A stretch of DNA of 29,019 nt from Polyangia bacterium (lineage in GTDB: Bacteria > Myxococcota_A > Polyangia > Fen-1088). Of the stretch, positions 7,826-14,999 are shown one piece after another (position 1 is the first letter of the stretch; each line of letters starts with the position of its first letter). The stretch lies in NCBI GenBank assembly GCA_035315605.1, contig DATFXS010000836.1, positions 1 through 29,019 on the forward strand. Reading direction: 5' to 3'. Position numbers and translations under genes: made by a program. Under the pieces are notes generated by a model. The model was not told where the DNA came from, did not search any database, and saw nothing but the letters and a program-made list of their open reading frames with translations.

Positions 7826-9102
7826 GTTCGTGGGCTCCCTCGCAGGCCGATGTCTCGGCGGAAATGCATACCATCGAAACGGATCGTTTCGACGGCTCCG
7901 TAGGCGCGCGCGCGCGCCGCCGCCAGGTCGGCGCCGTAAGCGGTCACGCCGAGGACGCGGCCACCGGCGGTGACGACCTGCCCGTCGGCCTCGGCGCGCG
8001 TGCCGGCGTGGAACACCATCAGATCGTCGCTGGCCGGGGGCAGCCCGGCGATCGGATCACCGGCGCGCGGCTTGGCCGGATAACCGCCCGCCGCCAGAAC
8101 CACGCAGACCGCGACGCCCGGGCGCGCGCGCGGGACGCCGGCCGGCATCGCGCCCGCGGCGACGCCCGCCAGCCAAGGCAGCAGATCGCCATCGAAGCGG
8201 AGCAGCACCGACTGCGTCTCCGGATCGCCGAAGCGGCAGTTCCATTCGATCACCATCGGCCCGCGGTCGGGCGTCAGCATCAGGCCGCCGTAGAGCAGGC
8301 CGCGGAACGGCCGCCCGGCCTCGGTCAGCGCGCGGACCGTCGGCACGAACAGCGTCTCCAGGATCCGCTGCGCGGCGCCGTCGTCGATCAGCGCCGACGG
8401 CGAGACCGTCCCCATGCCGCCCGTGTTGGGTCCCACGTCGCCGTCGCCGACGGCCTTGTGATCTTCGGAGGATGCGAGCAGCGCCAGGCGCGTGCCGTCG
8501 CACAGCGCCATCATGGTCACCTCACGGCCCGTGAGGCGCTCCTCGATCACCACGCGCGCGCCGGCTTCGCCGAAGGCGCGCTCGGACAGCATCGTGCGGA
8601 CGGCCGCCTTCGCCTCCGCTTTGGTCGACGTGACGACAACGCCCTTGCCGGCGGCCAGCCCGTCCGCCTTGACGACGACCGCCCCCGGCTGCGCATCGAT
8701 GAACACGTCCGCCGGCGCGACGTCTTCGAACACGCCGAAGGCGGCGGTCGGGACATTCGCGTCGCGCATCAGCCGCTTCGCGAACGCCTTCGAGCCCTCG
8801 ATCTCCGCGGCGGCCCGCGACGGTCCAAAGAACGACAGCCCGGCTGCCCGCATCGCGTCGCCCAGGCCGGCGGCGAGCGGCGCCTCCGGCCCGCAGACGA
8901 CCAGATCGGCGCGCTCGGCGACCGCTGCGGCGATCAGCTCGTTCGTCGCGTCGGCCGCGATCGGCACGCAGGTCACCTTCGGCACCGTCGCGATGCCGGG
9001 GTTGCCGGGCGCGGCGACGATCTTCTCGCACAGCGGGCTCTGCGCGAGCTTCCAGGCCAGCGCGTGCTCGCGTCCGCCCGACCCGATCAGAAAGACACGC
9101 AT
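7822..9102 (-). CDS. purD: Phosphoribosylamine-glycine ligase
   Basis: GSGGREHAL, EGSKAFAK, KADGLAAGKGV, GPNTGGMG, RFGDPETQ, GGRVL. Confidence 0.98.
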   Translation of the reverse strand: MRVFLIGSGGREHALAWKLAQSPLCEKIVAAPGNPGIATVPKVTCVPIAADATNELIAAAVAERADLVVCGPEAPLAAGLGDAMRAAGLSFFGPSRAAAEIEGSKAFAKRLMRDANVPTAAFGVFEDVAPADVFIDAQPGAVVVKADGLAAGKGVVVTSTKAEAKAAVRTMLSERAFGEAGARVVIEERLTGREVTMMALCDGTRLALLASSEDHKAVGDGDVGPNTGGMGTVSPSALIDDGAAQRILETLFVPTVRALTEAGRPFRGLLYGGLMLTPDRGPMVIEWNCRFGDPETQSVLLRFDGDLLPWLAGVAAGAMPAGVPRARPGVAVCVVLAAGGYPAKPRAGDPIAGLPPASDDLMVFHAGTRAEADGQVVTAGGRVLGVTAYGADLAAARARAYGAVETIRFDGMHFRRDIGLRGSPRT

Positions 9103-9109
9103 CGCCGTT

Positions 9110-10681
9110 CTAGTGCCGGAAGTGCCGCTCGCCCGTCATCACCATCGAGAGGCCGTGCTCGTCGGCGGCGGCGATCGATTCCGCGTCGCGCACCGAGCCC
9201 CCCGGCTGGATGACCGCGACGGCGCCCGCCTTGGCGGCCTCGTCGACGCTGTCGCGGAACGGGAAGAACGCGTCGGACGCGAAGACCGAACCCGCCAGCG
9301 GCGATCGGGCCTTCGACACCGCGATCCGCACCGAATCGACGCGCGACATCTGGCCCGCGCCGATCGCCAGCGTACGGCCGCCGGCGGCGAACACGATCGC
9401 GTTCGATTTGACGTGCTTGCAGACACGCCAGGCGAAATCCAGATCAGCCAGCTCGGCCGGCGTCGGCGCCCGCTTCGACACCACCTTGCCCGCCGCGGCC
9501 GCCGAGGTGTCGCGATCGCGCGACTGCACCAGGAAGCCGCCTGCCACGCTGCGCAGCTCGAGCGCGCCGGGACCCTCCAGCGCGATGTCGCAGACCAGGA
9601 GCCGCAGGTTCTTGCTCGCCGCGAGCACGGGCAGCGCGTCGGCCTCGAACGCGGGCGCGATCACGCACTCGAGGAACGTCTCCTTGATCTCGCGCGCCAG
9701 CTCGCCGTCGACGGGGCGGTTGACGGCGACGATGCCGCCGAACGCCGAGATCGGATCGGTCTCGCGCGCCCGCCGGTAGGCGTCCGCGATGTTCTTGTCC
9801 GACAGCGCCGCGCCGCAGGGATTGTTGTGCTTGACGATCGTCGCGGCCGGCGCCGCGAACTCGGCGCAGATGCGCAGCGCCGCGTCCAGATCGAGCAGGT
9901 TGTTGTAAGAGAGCTCCTTGCCCTGCAACACCCGCGTGCGCGCCAGCGACGGCCCCGACGGCGCGCCGTCGAGCGCGTAGAAGGCGGCCTTCTGATGCGG
10001 GTTCTCGCCGTACCGCAACGCACGCGCCAGCGTCCCGCCCAGGTGGAACGACTCGGGGAAGTCGGCAGGCGGCGCGTCGGGCGTCGTGAACCGGCCGAGG
10101 TGCGACGCGATGGCGCCATCGTAGCCGGCGGTGTGCGCGAACGCCTTGCGCGCCAGCCGGAACCGGGTCGCATCGGAGATCTCGCCCGCGGCGTCGATCT
10201 CGTCGAGGATCCCCGGATAGTCCGCCGGGTCGACGACCACCGCGACGCGCTCGTGATTCTTCGCCGCTGAGCGGATCATGGTCGGCCCGCCGATATCGAT
10301 GTTCTCGATGATCTCGTCGAACGGCGCCCCGCGCGCGACCGTCTCGCGGAACGGGTAGAGGTTCACGACCACCAGGTCGATCGGCACGATGCCGGCCGCC
10401 TGCATCTCGGCGCGGTGGGCGGGCGTGCCGCGGCCCAGGATGCCGCCGTGAATCCGGGGATGCAGCGTCTTGACGCGGCCGTCGAGGATCTCCGGCGCAC
10501 CCGTGAAGTCGCCGACCTCGCGCACGGGAACGCCGGCGGCCGCCAGCGTCCGCGCCGTCCCGCCCGTCGACAAGATCTCGAGCCCCGCGGCGCTCAGGCC
10601 CCGTGCCAGCTCGACGACGCCGGTCTTGTCCGACACGGAAATCAGCGCGCGCGCGATCTTCGCAACTTTTCCTTCAGCCAC
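9110..10681 (-). CDS. purH: Bifunctional AICAR transformylase/IMP cyclohydrolase
   Basis: [60 protein letters not shown]. Confidence 0.98.
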   Translation of the reverse strand: MAEGKVAKIARALISVSDKTGVVELARGLSAAGLEILSTGGTARTLAAAGVPVREVGDFTGAPEILDGRVKTLHPRIHGGILGRGTPAHRAEMQAAGIVPIDLVVVNLYPFRETVARGAPFDEIIENIDIGGPTMIRSAAKNHERVAVVVDPADYPGILDEIDAAGEISDATRFRLARKAFAHTAGYDGAIASHLGRFTTPDAPPADFPESFHLGGTLARALRYGENPHQKAAFYALDGAPSGPSLARTRVLQGKELSYNNLLDLDAALRICAEFAAPAATIVKHNNPCGAALSDKNIADAYRRARETDPISAFGGIVAVNRPVDGELAREIKETFLECVIAPAFEADALPVLAASKNLRLLVCDIALEGPGALELRSVAGGFLVQSRDRDTSAAAAGKVVSKRAPTPAELADLDFAWRVCKHVKSNAIVFAAGGRTLAIGAGQMSRVDSVRIAVSKARSPLAGSVFASDAFFPFRDSVDEAAKAGAVAVIQPGGSVRDAESIAAADEHGLSMVMTGERHFRH

Positions 10682-10696
10682 GGGCGGGTTCTATCA

Positions 10697-10823
10697 CACG
10701 CACCTGCGCCTGCGTGAGGGCGGACTCATGCTGCAACGCACGGTTCCGTGCGTCGATTTCGATGGGAACCCTCGGAGGGTTCCCAAACCCTCCCGCGATG
10801 GATCTCCGCGCGGCAAAGCCGCG
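10697..10823. repeat. Cluster of four short palindromes in the rluB-purH intergenic region
   Basis: CACGCA/TGCGTG (10697-10716), ACGCACGG/CCGTGCGT (10736-10753), TGGGAACCCT/AGGGTTCCCA (10763-10785), CGCGGC/GCCGCG (10809-10823). Confidence 0.7.
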
Positions 10824-10837
10824 TTACGCTCACGCGA

Positions 10838-11551
10838 TCACGCGAGGCCGGCGCGACGGCGCAGATCATTGATCTCCGCTCGCGTCAGATCGCGCCAGCC
10901 GCCCATCGACAGCCCCTCGAACGACAGGCCACCCAGACGGATGCGCGAGATCTTCAGGAGCGAGTGCCGGATCAGATCGCCCGCCGCCTTGAGCGCGCGC
11001 GGCCGCGCTTCCGCCACCACCATCTCGATCCAGGTGTTGCGCTCGGTCGCGGCCAGCCTGTCCACCGTCTCGGGTTTGACCGGCCGTCCCTCCCAGCGCC
11101 ACCCGCGCGCGAGCCGGGTGATGGCGTCGTCCCCCACCAGCCCCTGCAGCTTGAGGTGATAGGTCATCGCCACCCGCCCCTTCTTACCGATCGCCTGCGC
11201 CAGCTCGCCGTCCGTCGTCAGCAGCACCACGCCCTCGGCCGGAAAGTCGAGCGGCGCCACCACCTGCAGCCCCGGCTCGGCGTCGCGCAGGTAGCGCGCC
11301 AGCGTCGGCCGCTCGCCGCTCGCGGCCAGCGTGGCCAAGCAGGCACGGGGCTTGAGCAGCAGCCGGTAGATCGGCGCCTCGGCGACGACGCGCCGGCCGT
11401 TGACCTCAACGCGATCGCGCGCGGCGTTCACGCTGGTGCCCAGCGTGGTGACCGACGTGCCGTTGACGCGCACCGCCCCCGACGCGATGAGCGCCTCCGC
11501 CTTGCGGCGTGACGACACACCCGCCTGCGCGAGGAACTTTTGCAGGCGCAC
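10838..11551 (-). CDS. rluB: S4-domain RsuA/RluB-family pseudouridine synthase-like protein with a degenerate active site
   Basis: RLQKFLAQAGVSSRRKAE S4 domain; position after scpB; KP motif I; VAPLD replaces VGRLD; C-terminal RIRLG...GWRDLT. Confidence 0.8.
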   Translation of the reverse strand: MRLQKFLAQAGVSSRRKAEALIASGAVRVNGTSVTTLGTSVNAARDRVEVNGRRVVAEAPIYRLLLKPRACLATLAASGERPTLARYLRDAEPGLQVVAPLDFPAEGVVLLTTDGELAQAIGKKGRVAMTYHLKLQGLVGDDAITRLARGWRWEGRPVKPETVDRLAATERNTWIEMVVAEARPRALKAAGDLIRHSLLKISRIRLGGLSFEGLSMGGWRDLTRAEINDLRRRAGLA

Positions 11552-11557
11552 GCCGCG

Positions 11558-12610
11558 CTAGTCCGTGGTCGTCGGCGTCGCGTCTTCGGCCGCCGGCGCC
11601 GGCGGGGGCGCGGCCGTGACCTCGGTCGCCTCCGCGGCGCGGGCCGCCGCCGTCGCCGCGCGCTCGAGCTCGGTCAGAAGCTCGTCGTCCTCTTCGGGGT
11701 CCAGCTGCCGGGCCGGCGCCGCCGCCGGCTTTGCCGCGTCGTCCGCCTTCTCGGCGGCGATCGGCGCCTCGGCGTCGACCTTCGCCATGTCGGCCGCCCC
11801 CAGCTCGTGGAACTCGCGCAGCGTCGGCAGCTCGGCGAGATCGCGCAGGCTGAAGACCCGGAGAAACTCCGGCGTCGTTCCGTACAGGATCGGCCGGCCG
11901 ACCTCTTCCTTCTTGCCGATCATGCGCACCAGCCCGCGATCCAGCAGCGTCTTCAGCACCGGCCCGCAGTCGACGCCGCGCACGTCGTCGATCTCCGGGC
12001 GCGTGATCGGCTGGCGGTAGGCGACGATCGACAGCGTCTCCAGCATCGCGCGCGTCAGCCGCTGGGGCCTACCGGCGATCAGGCGCGACACCCACCCGAC
12101 GTTGTCGGGGCGCGTGCGCAGGTGCCAGCCGCCCGCCACCTCCACCACCTGGATGCCGCTCCCCTCCTGATCGCGACGCGCCCGCAGCGCCTCGAGGGCC
12201 TCCGTCACCTTGGCGCCCGCGCGCTCGCCCACCAGGCGCTTCAGATCCGCGATCGGCAGCGGCCGATCGCTCGCGAACAGCAGGCTCTCGATGACGCTCT
12301 CCAGGCGCGCGGGGGGCGCCGACGCGGGCAACTCGGGCTCCTCGTCCGCGTCGACGCCTTCCTGTGTGGACGCGGCCGCCAGCGCCGCCATCTCGGCCGC
12401 GGCCGCCTCGTGGGTCGGGCCGTCCCAGTCGTCGGGCCGCACCGAGTTGCGCAGCAGCTCGATCGGCGCCGCGGTGACCGCGGTGTCATCGCCCTCGTCG
12501 AAGTCGTTCCCGAAATCGTTGCCAGGTCCGTTCGGCGAATTCGCCGCGTTCGGATTGGTCGTCTCCTCGTGGGGATCGACGGCAGGCTGGATCTTCTTAG
12601 GCTTCTTCAT
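11558..12610 (-). CDS. scpB: SMC-Scp complex subunit ScpB with low-complexity termini
   Basis: [48 protein letters not shown]. Confidence 0.96.
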   Translation of the reverse strand: MKKPKKIQPAVDPHEETTNPNAANSPNGPGNDFGNDFDEGDDTAVTAAPIELLRNSVRPDDWDGPTHEAAAAEMAALAAASTQEGVDADEEPELPASAPPARLESVIESLLFASDRPLPIADLKRLVGERAGAKVTEALEALRARRDQEGSGIQVVEVAGGWHLRTRPDNVGWVSRLIAGRPQRLTRAMLETLSIVAYRQPITRPEIDDVRGVDCGPVLKTLLDRGLVRMIGKKEEVGRPILYGTTPEFLRVFSLRDLAELPTLREFHELGAADMAKVDAEAPIAAEKADDAAKPAAAPARQLDPEEDDELLTELERAATAAARAAEATEVTAAPPPAPAAEDATPTTTD

Positions 12611-13491
12611 GTTTCTCCTCGTCCACGTTCCACTTGCTCTTGCTCTCGCTCTTGTCCTTCGCCGTCCTCTGTCGCGCGCTCTTCGCCGACGACCGACGTG
12701 ATGGTCACGTGGCGCGCGACCTCCATCGCGGCGTCGCTGACCAAGGTGATGAACAGCGTGTCGTCGGTGTCTGACTGCAAGACGCGGACGGCCTTCAGCC
12801 GCGCCAGCTCCAGGATCGCCAGCAGCGTGACCACCACTTGATTGCGCAGCTCGGCTTCCGGCAAGCTGAGATCGAAGCAGGCGTCGAACCGGAACGAGCC
12901 TCCCCCCGCCTTCAAGCGATCGGCCAGCTGGCCAATGCGCGTGCCGATCGAGACGCGATCGACGACCACGTCGTGCGTCGTCGCCTTGCCGGCCTTCTCC
13001 AGGATCTTGCCGAACGCCTCGATCAGCTTCCAGACCGAGTGGTCGCCGAGGGGCCGGTCAGCGGGATCGTCCTTTTCGATCGGGACGCCGCGCGCGAAGA
13101 CCGTGCGTCCCTCGATCGGCCGGCCGCCCAGCTGCTCGGCGGCGTGCTTGTACTTCTGGTATTCGAGCAGGCGCCGGATCAACTCCTCGCGCGGATCCAG
13201 CTCGATGCCGCCGTCCTCGCCCGTCGTGTCCAGCGGCTCCGGCGTCGGCACCAGCTCGCGCGACTTCAGGTAAGCGAGCGTCGCCGCCATCACCAGGTAA
13301 TCCGCGGCGACGTCGACCGACATCGACTGCATCATCTCGAGGTACTCGAGGTACTTGCGCGTGATGAACGCGATCGGGATGTTGACGATGTCCAGCTCGT
13401 GCGTCTTGCAGAGGTGAAGCAGGAGATCGAGAGGCCCCTCGAACTCCGGCAGCGTGACCCGATACGCCGTGTTGCCGCCGTCGGCGCTCAC
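12607..13491 (-). CDS. scpA: Segregation and condensation protein ScpA (kleisin)
   Basis: [55 protein letters not shown]; GTG start at 13491 overlaps the upstream stop. The track start at 13764 is overextended. Confidence 0.96.
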   Translation of the reverse strand: MSADGGNTAYRVTLPEFEGPLDLLLHLCKTHELDIVNIPIAFITRKYLEYLEMMQSMSVDVAADYLVMAATLAYLKSRELVPTPEPLDTTGEDGGIELDPREELIRRLLEYQKYKHAAEQLGGRPIEGRTVFARGVPIEKDDPADRPLGDHSVWKLIEAFGKILEKAGKATTHDVVVDRVSIGTRIGQLADRLKAGGGSFRFDACFDLSLPEAELRNQVVVTLLAILELARLKAVRVLQSDTDDTLFITLVSDAAMEVARHVTITSVVGEERATEDGEGQEREQEQVERGRGET

Positions 13492-14171
13492 GCGGGCACC
13501 AGACGAGCCAGCAGGTGCACCCAGCGTCCGATCAAGTGATTGACCGGGCTCATGATCAGGCCGAGCCCCGGGATGCCGACCGAGGGGGCGAAGAACAGCG
13601 CCAGCAGCAGCAGCATGCCGTATTTGCGATTGAGCTCGACGATCCGATGCATCGACGGCGGCAGCAGGCCCGCCAGCACCGCGGCGCCGTCGAGCGGCCC
13701 GATCGGGATCAGGTTGAAGAACAAGAGCACGATGTTCAGCTTCAGCAAGTAGGTGATCATCCACTCCGCCACGGCAGGCGACAGCAGGTGGGCATGTCCC
13801 AGGATGACGATCACGACCGACGTCAACACCGCGAGGACCAGGTTCATGAACGGGCCCGCCGCCGCGACCAGCATGTGACCGGTCGTCATCGAAAGCCGCT
13901 TCGTGTAGTTGGCCGGGTTGGTCTGCACGGGCTTGCCCCAGGCCAGCATCGGAAACCCCGGCATCAGCACGCCGAGCAGCGGCACCGCCAGCGTTCCGAT
14001 CGGATCGATGTGCGCCAGCGGCGACAGCGTCAGCCGACCCTGCAGGCGCGGGATCCGATCGCCCAGGCGGTCGGCCACGAACGCGTGGCCGAACTCGTGG
14101 ACCGACACCGAGACCACGAAAGCGATCACGGCGAACAGCGCGACGCGAACCATGTCCGCCGAGATGTCCAC
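13488..14171 (-). CDS. Site-2 protease family (M50) intramembrane metalloprotease
   Basis: HEFGH zinc motif, GRLTLSPLAHID, AAGPFMN, NLIPIGPLDG; several hydrophobic segments. Confidence 0.95.
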   Translation of the reverse strand: MDISADMVRVALFAVIAFVVSVSVHEFGHAFVADRLGDRIPRLQGRLTLSPLAHIDPIGTLAVPLLGVLMPGFPMLAWGKPVQTNPANYTKRLSMTTGHMLVAAAGPFMNLVLAVLTSVVIVILGHAHLLSPAVAEWMITYLLKLNIVLLFFNLIPIGPLDGAAVLAGLLPPSMHRIVELNRKYGMLLLLALFFAPSVGIPGLGLIMSPVNHLIGRWVHLLARLVPA

Positions 14172-14177
14172 GCCCCG

Positions 14178-14206
14178 AGACTACCGGATTAGGCCCGCCG
14201 ATTCAC
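14178..14206 (-). promoter_or_regulatory. Sigma70-like promoter GTGAAT-17 nt-TAGTCT, 6 nt before GTG 14171
   Basis: Read directly from the minus strand; no SD before the start codon. Confidence 0.55.
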
Positions 14207-14215
14207 ATAATCCGG
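14184..14215. promoter_or_regulatory. Operator-like inverted repeat CCGGATTA-N16-TAATCCGG
   Basis: Perfect 8-bp arms at 14184-14191 and 14208-14215, bracketing the putative -35. Confidence 0.45.
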
Positions 14216-14244
14216 GACCTTCAAAGGCCGAGGTGCGGCGAAAG

Positions 14245-14253
14245 TTATCCACA
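14245..14253 (+). promoter_or_regulatory. Perfect DnaA box TTATCCACA
   Basis: Exact match to the high-affinity DnaA-box consensus, intergenic, upstream of the protease-scpAB operon. Confidence 0.55.
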
Positions 14254-14255
14254 GG

Positions 14256-14981
14256 CTACCCCCGGTCTTCGCGCATCCAGGCCTCGCACAGCCGATGCAG
14301 CGCCGACCCGGCGCCGCCCGGCGGGGCGGCCGCCAGCACCTCCCGGATCGGGGCGAAGCAGCGCAGGCGCCCGCGGGACAGAAACGCCACGTCGGTCGCG
14401 AAGTCCTCCAGGCCGTCGAGGACGTGGCTGGCATAGACGATCGTGACGCCGCGCGCGTCGCTCTCGTCGCGCAGGAAGCGGAGCAGGTCGGCCCGCGCCA
14501 GCACATCCAGCTCGGCGGTCACCTCGTCCAGCAGGATGACGCGCAACGTCCGCTCGAGGTCGAGCAGCAGCTGGACGCGGCGGCGCTGCCCGTCGGACAC
14601 CTGGTGCATTCGCCAGGCGGGATCCACGTCCAGCATCGCCAGCACGGCGGCGCGGCGGGCGGGGTCGATCCCCGGGCGTGCCGCCAGGATGTCGCGCACG
14701 CTGATGTCGGCCGCGAACGGGAACGGCCCGCCCAGGAACGCCACCTCGCCGGCCAGGCCCGCGTCGTGGAAGGCGGGGCGCCCGAGCACGCGGACGACGT
14801 CGTGGTCCAGCATGTGCCGGCCAGCGATGAGCCGCAGCAGCGTGCTCTTGCCCGCTCCGTTCGCGCCGAGCAGCAGACACCGCGCCCCGGCGGGCAGCGC
14901 GAGCGACAGGCGGTGCAGCACGGGCGCCCGCGCGCCTGGATAGGTGAAGCTCAGCTCACGGACTTCAATCGCGGCCGTCAC
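14256..14981 (-). CDS. Stand-alone single-domain ABC ATPase resembling CAF16/plant ABCI19-21
   Basis: Walker A GANGAGKST, WRMHQVSDGQRRRVQL signature region, Walker B ILLDEVT, LDVLARAD, IVYASH. GTG start at 14981; the track start at 15746 is overextended. Confidence 0.85.
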   Translation of the reverse strand: MTAAIEVRELSFTYPGARAPVLHRLSLALPAGARCLLLGANGAGKSTLLRLIAGRHMLDHDVVRVLGRPAFHDAGLAGEVAFLGGPFPFAADISVRDILAARPGIDPARRAAVLAMLDVDPAWRMHQVSDGQRRRVQLLLDLERTLRVILLDEVTAELDVLARADLLRFLRDESDARGVTIVYASHVLDGLEDFATDVAFLSRGRLRCFAPIREVLAAAPPGGAGSALHRLCEAWMREDRG

Positions 14982-14986
14982 GCAGG

Positions 14987-14993
14987 CATTGTA
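14987..14993. promoter_or_regulatory. Overlapping divergent -10 elements (TACAAT on minus, CATTGT on plus)
   Basis: Only 18 nt separate the two GTG starts; TACAAT+6 nt precedes 14981 and CATTGT+7 nt precedes 15000. Confidence 0.55.
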
Positions 14994-14999
14994 CCCAGC

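Noticed and set aside
10682-10837. ZTP (pfl) or ykkC-type riboswitch upstream of purH
   Set aside because: The hallmark segments I recall (GACTGGCG and CGCCTGGGC for pfl; CTGGTCC for ykkC) are absent on the sense strand. Kept only as an unexplained structured region.
14172-14255. Replication origin suggested by the DnaA box
   Set aside because: Only one box, an 84-nt gap, no AT-rich unwinding element and no dnaA, dnaN or gidA nearby.
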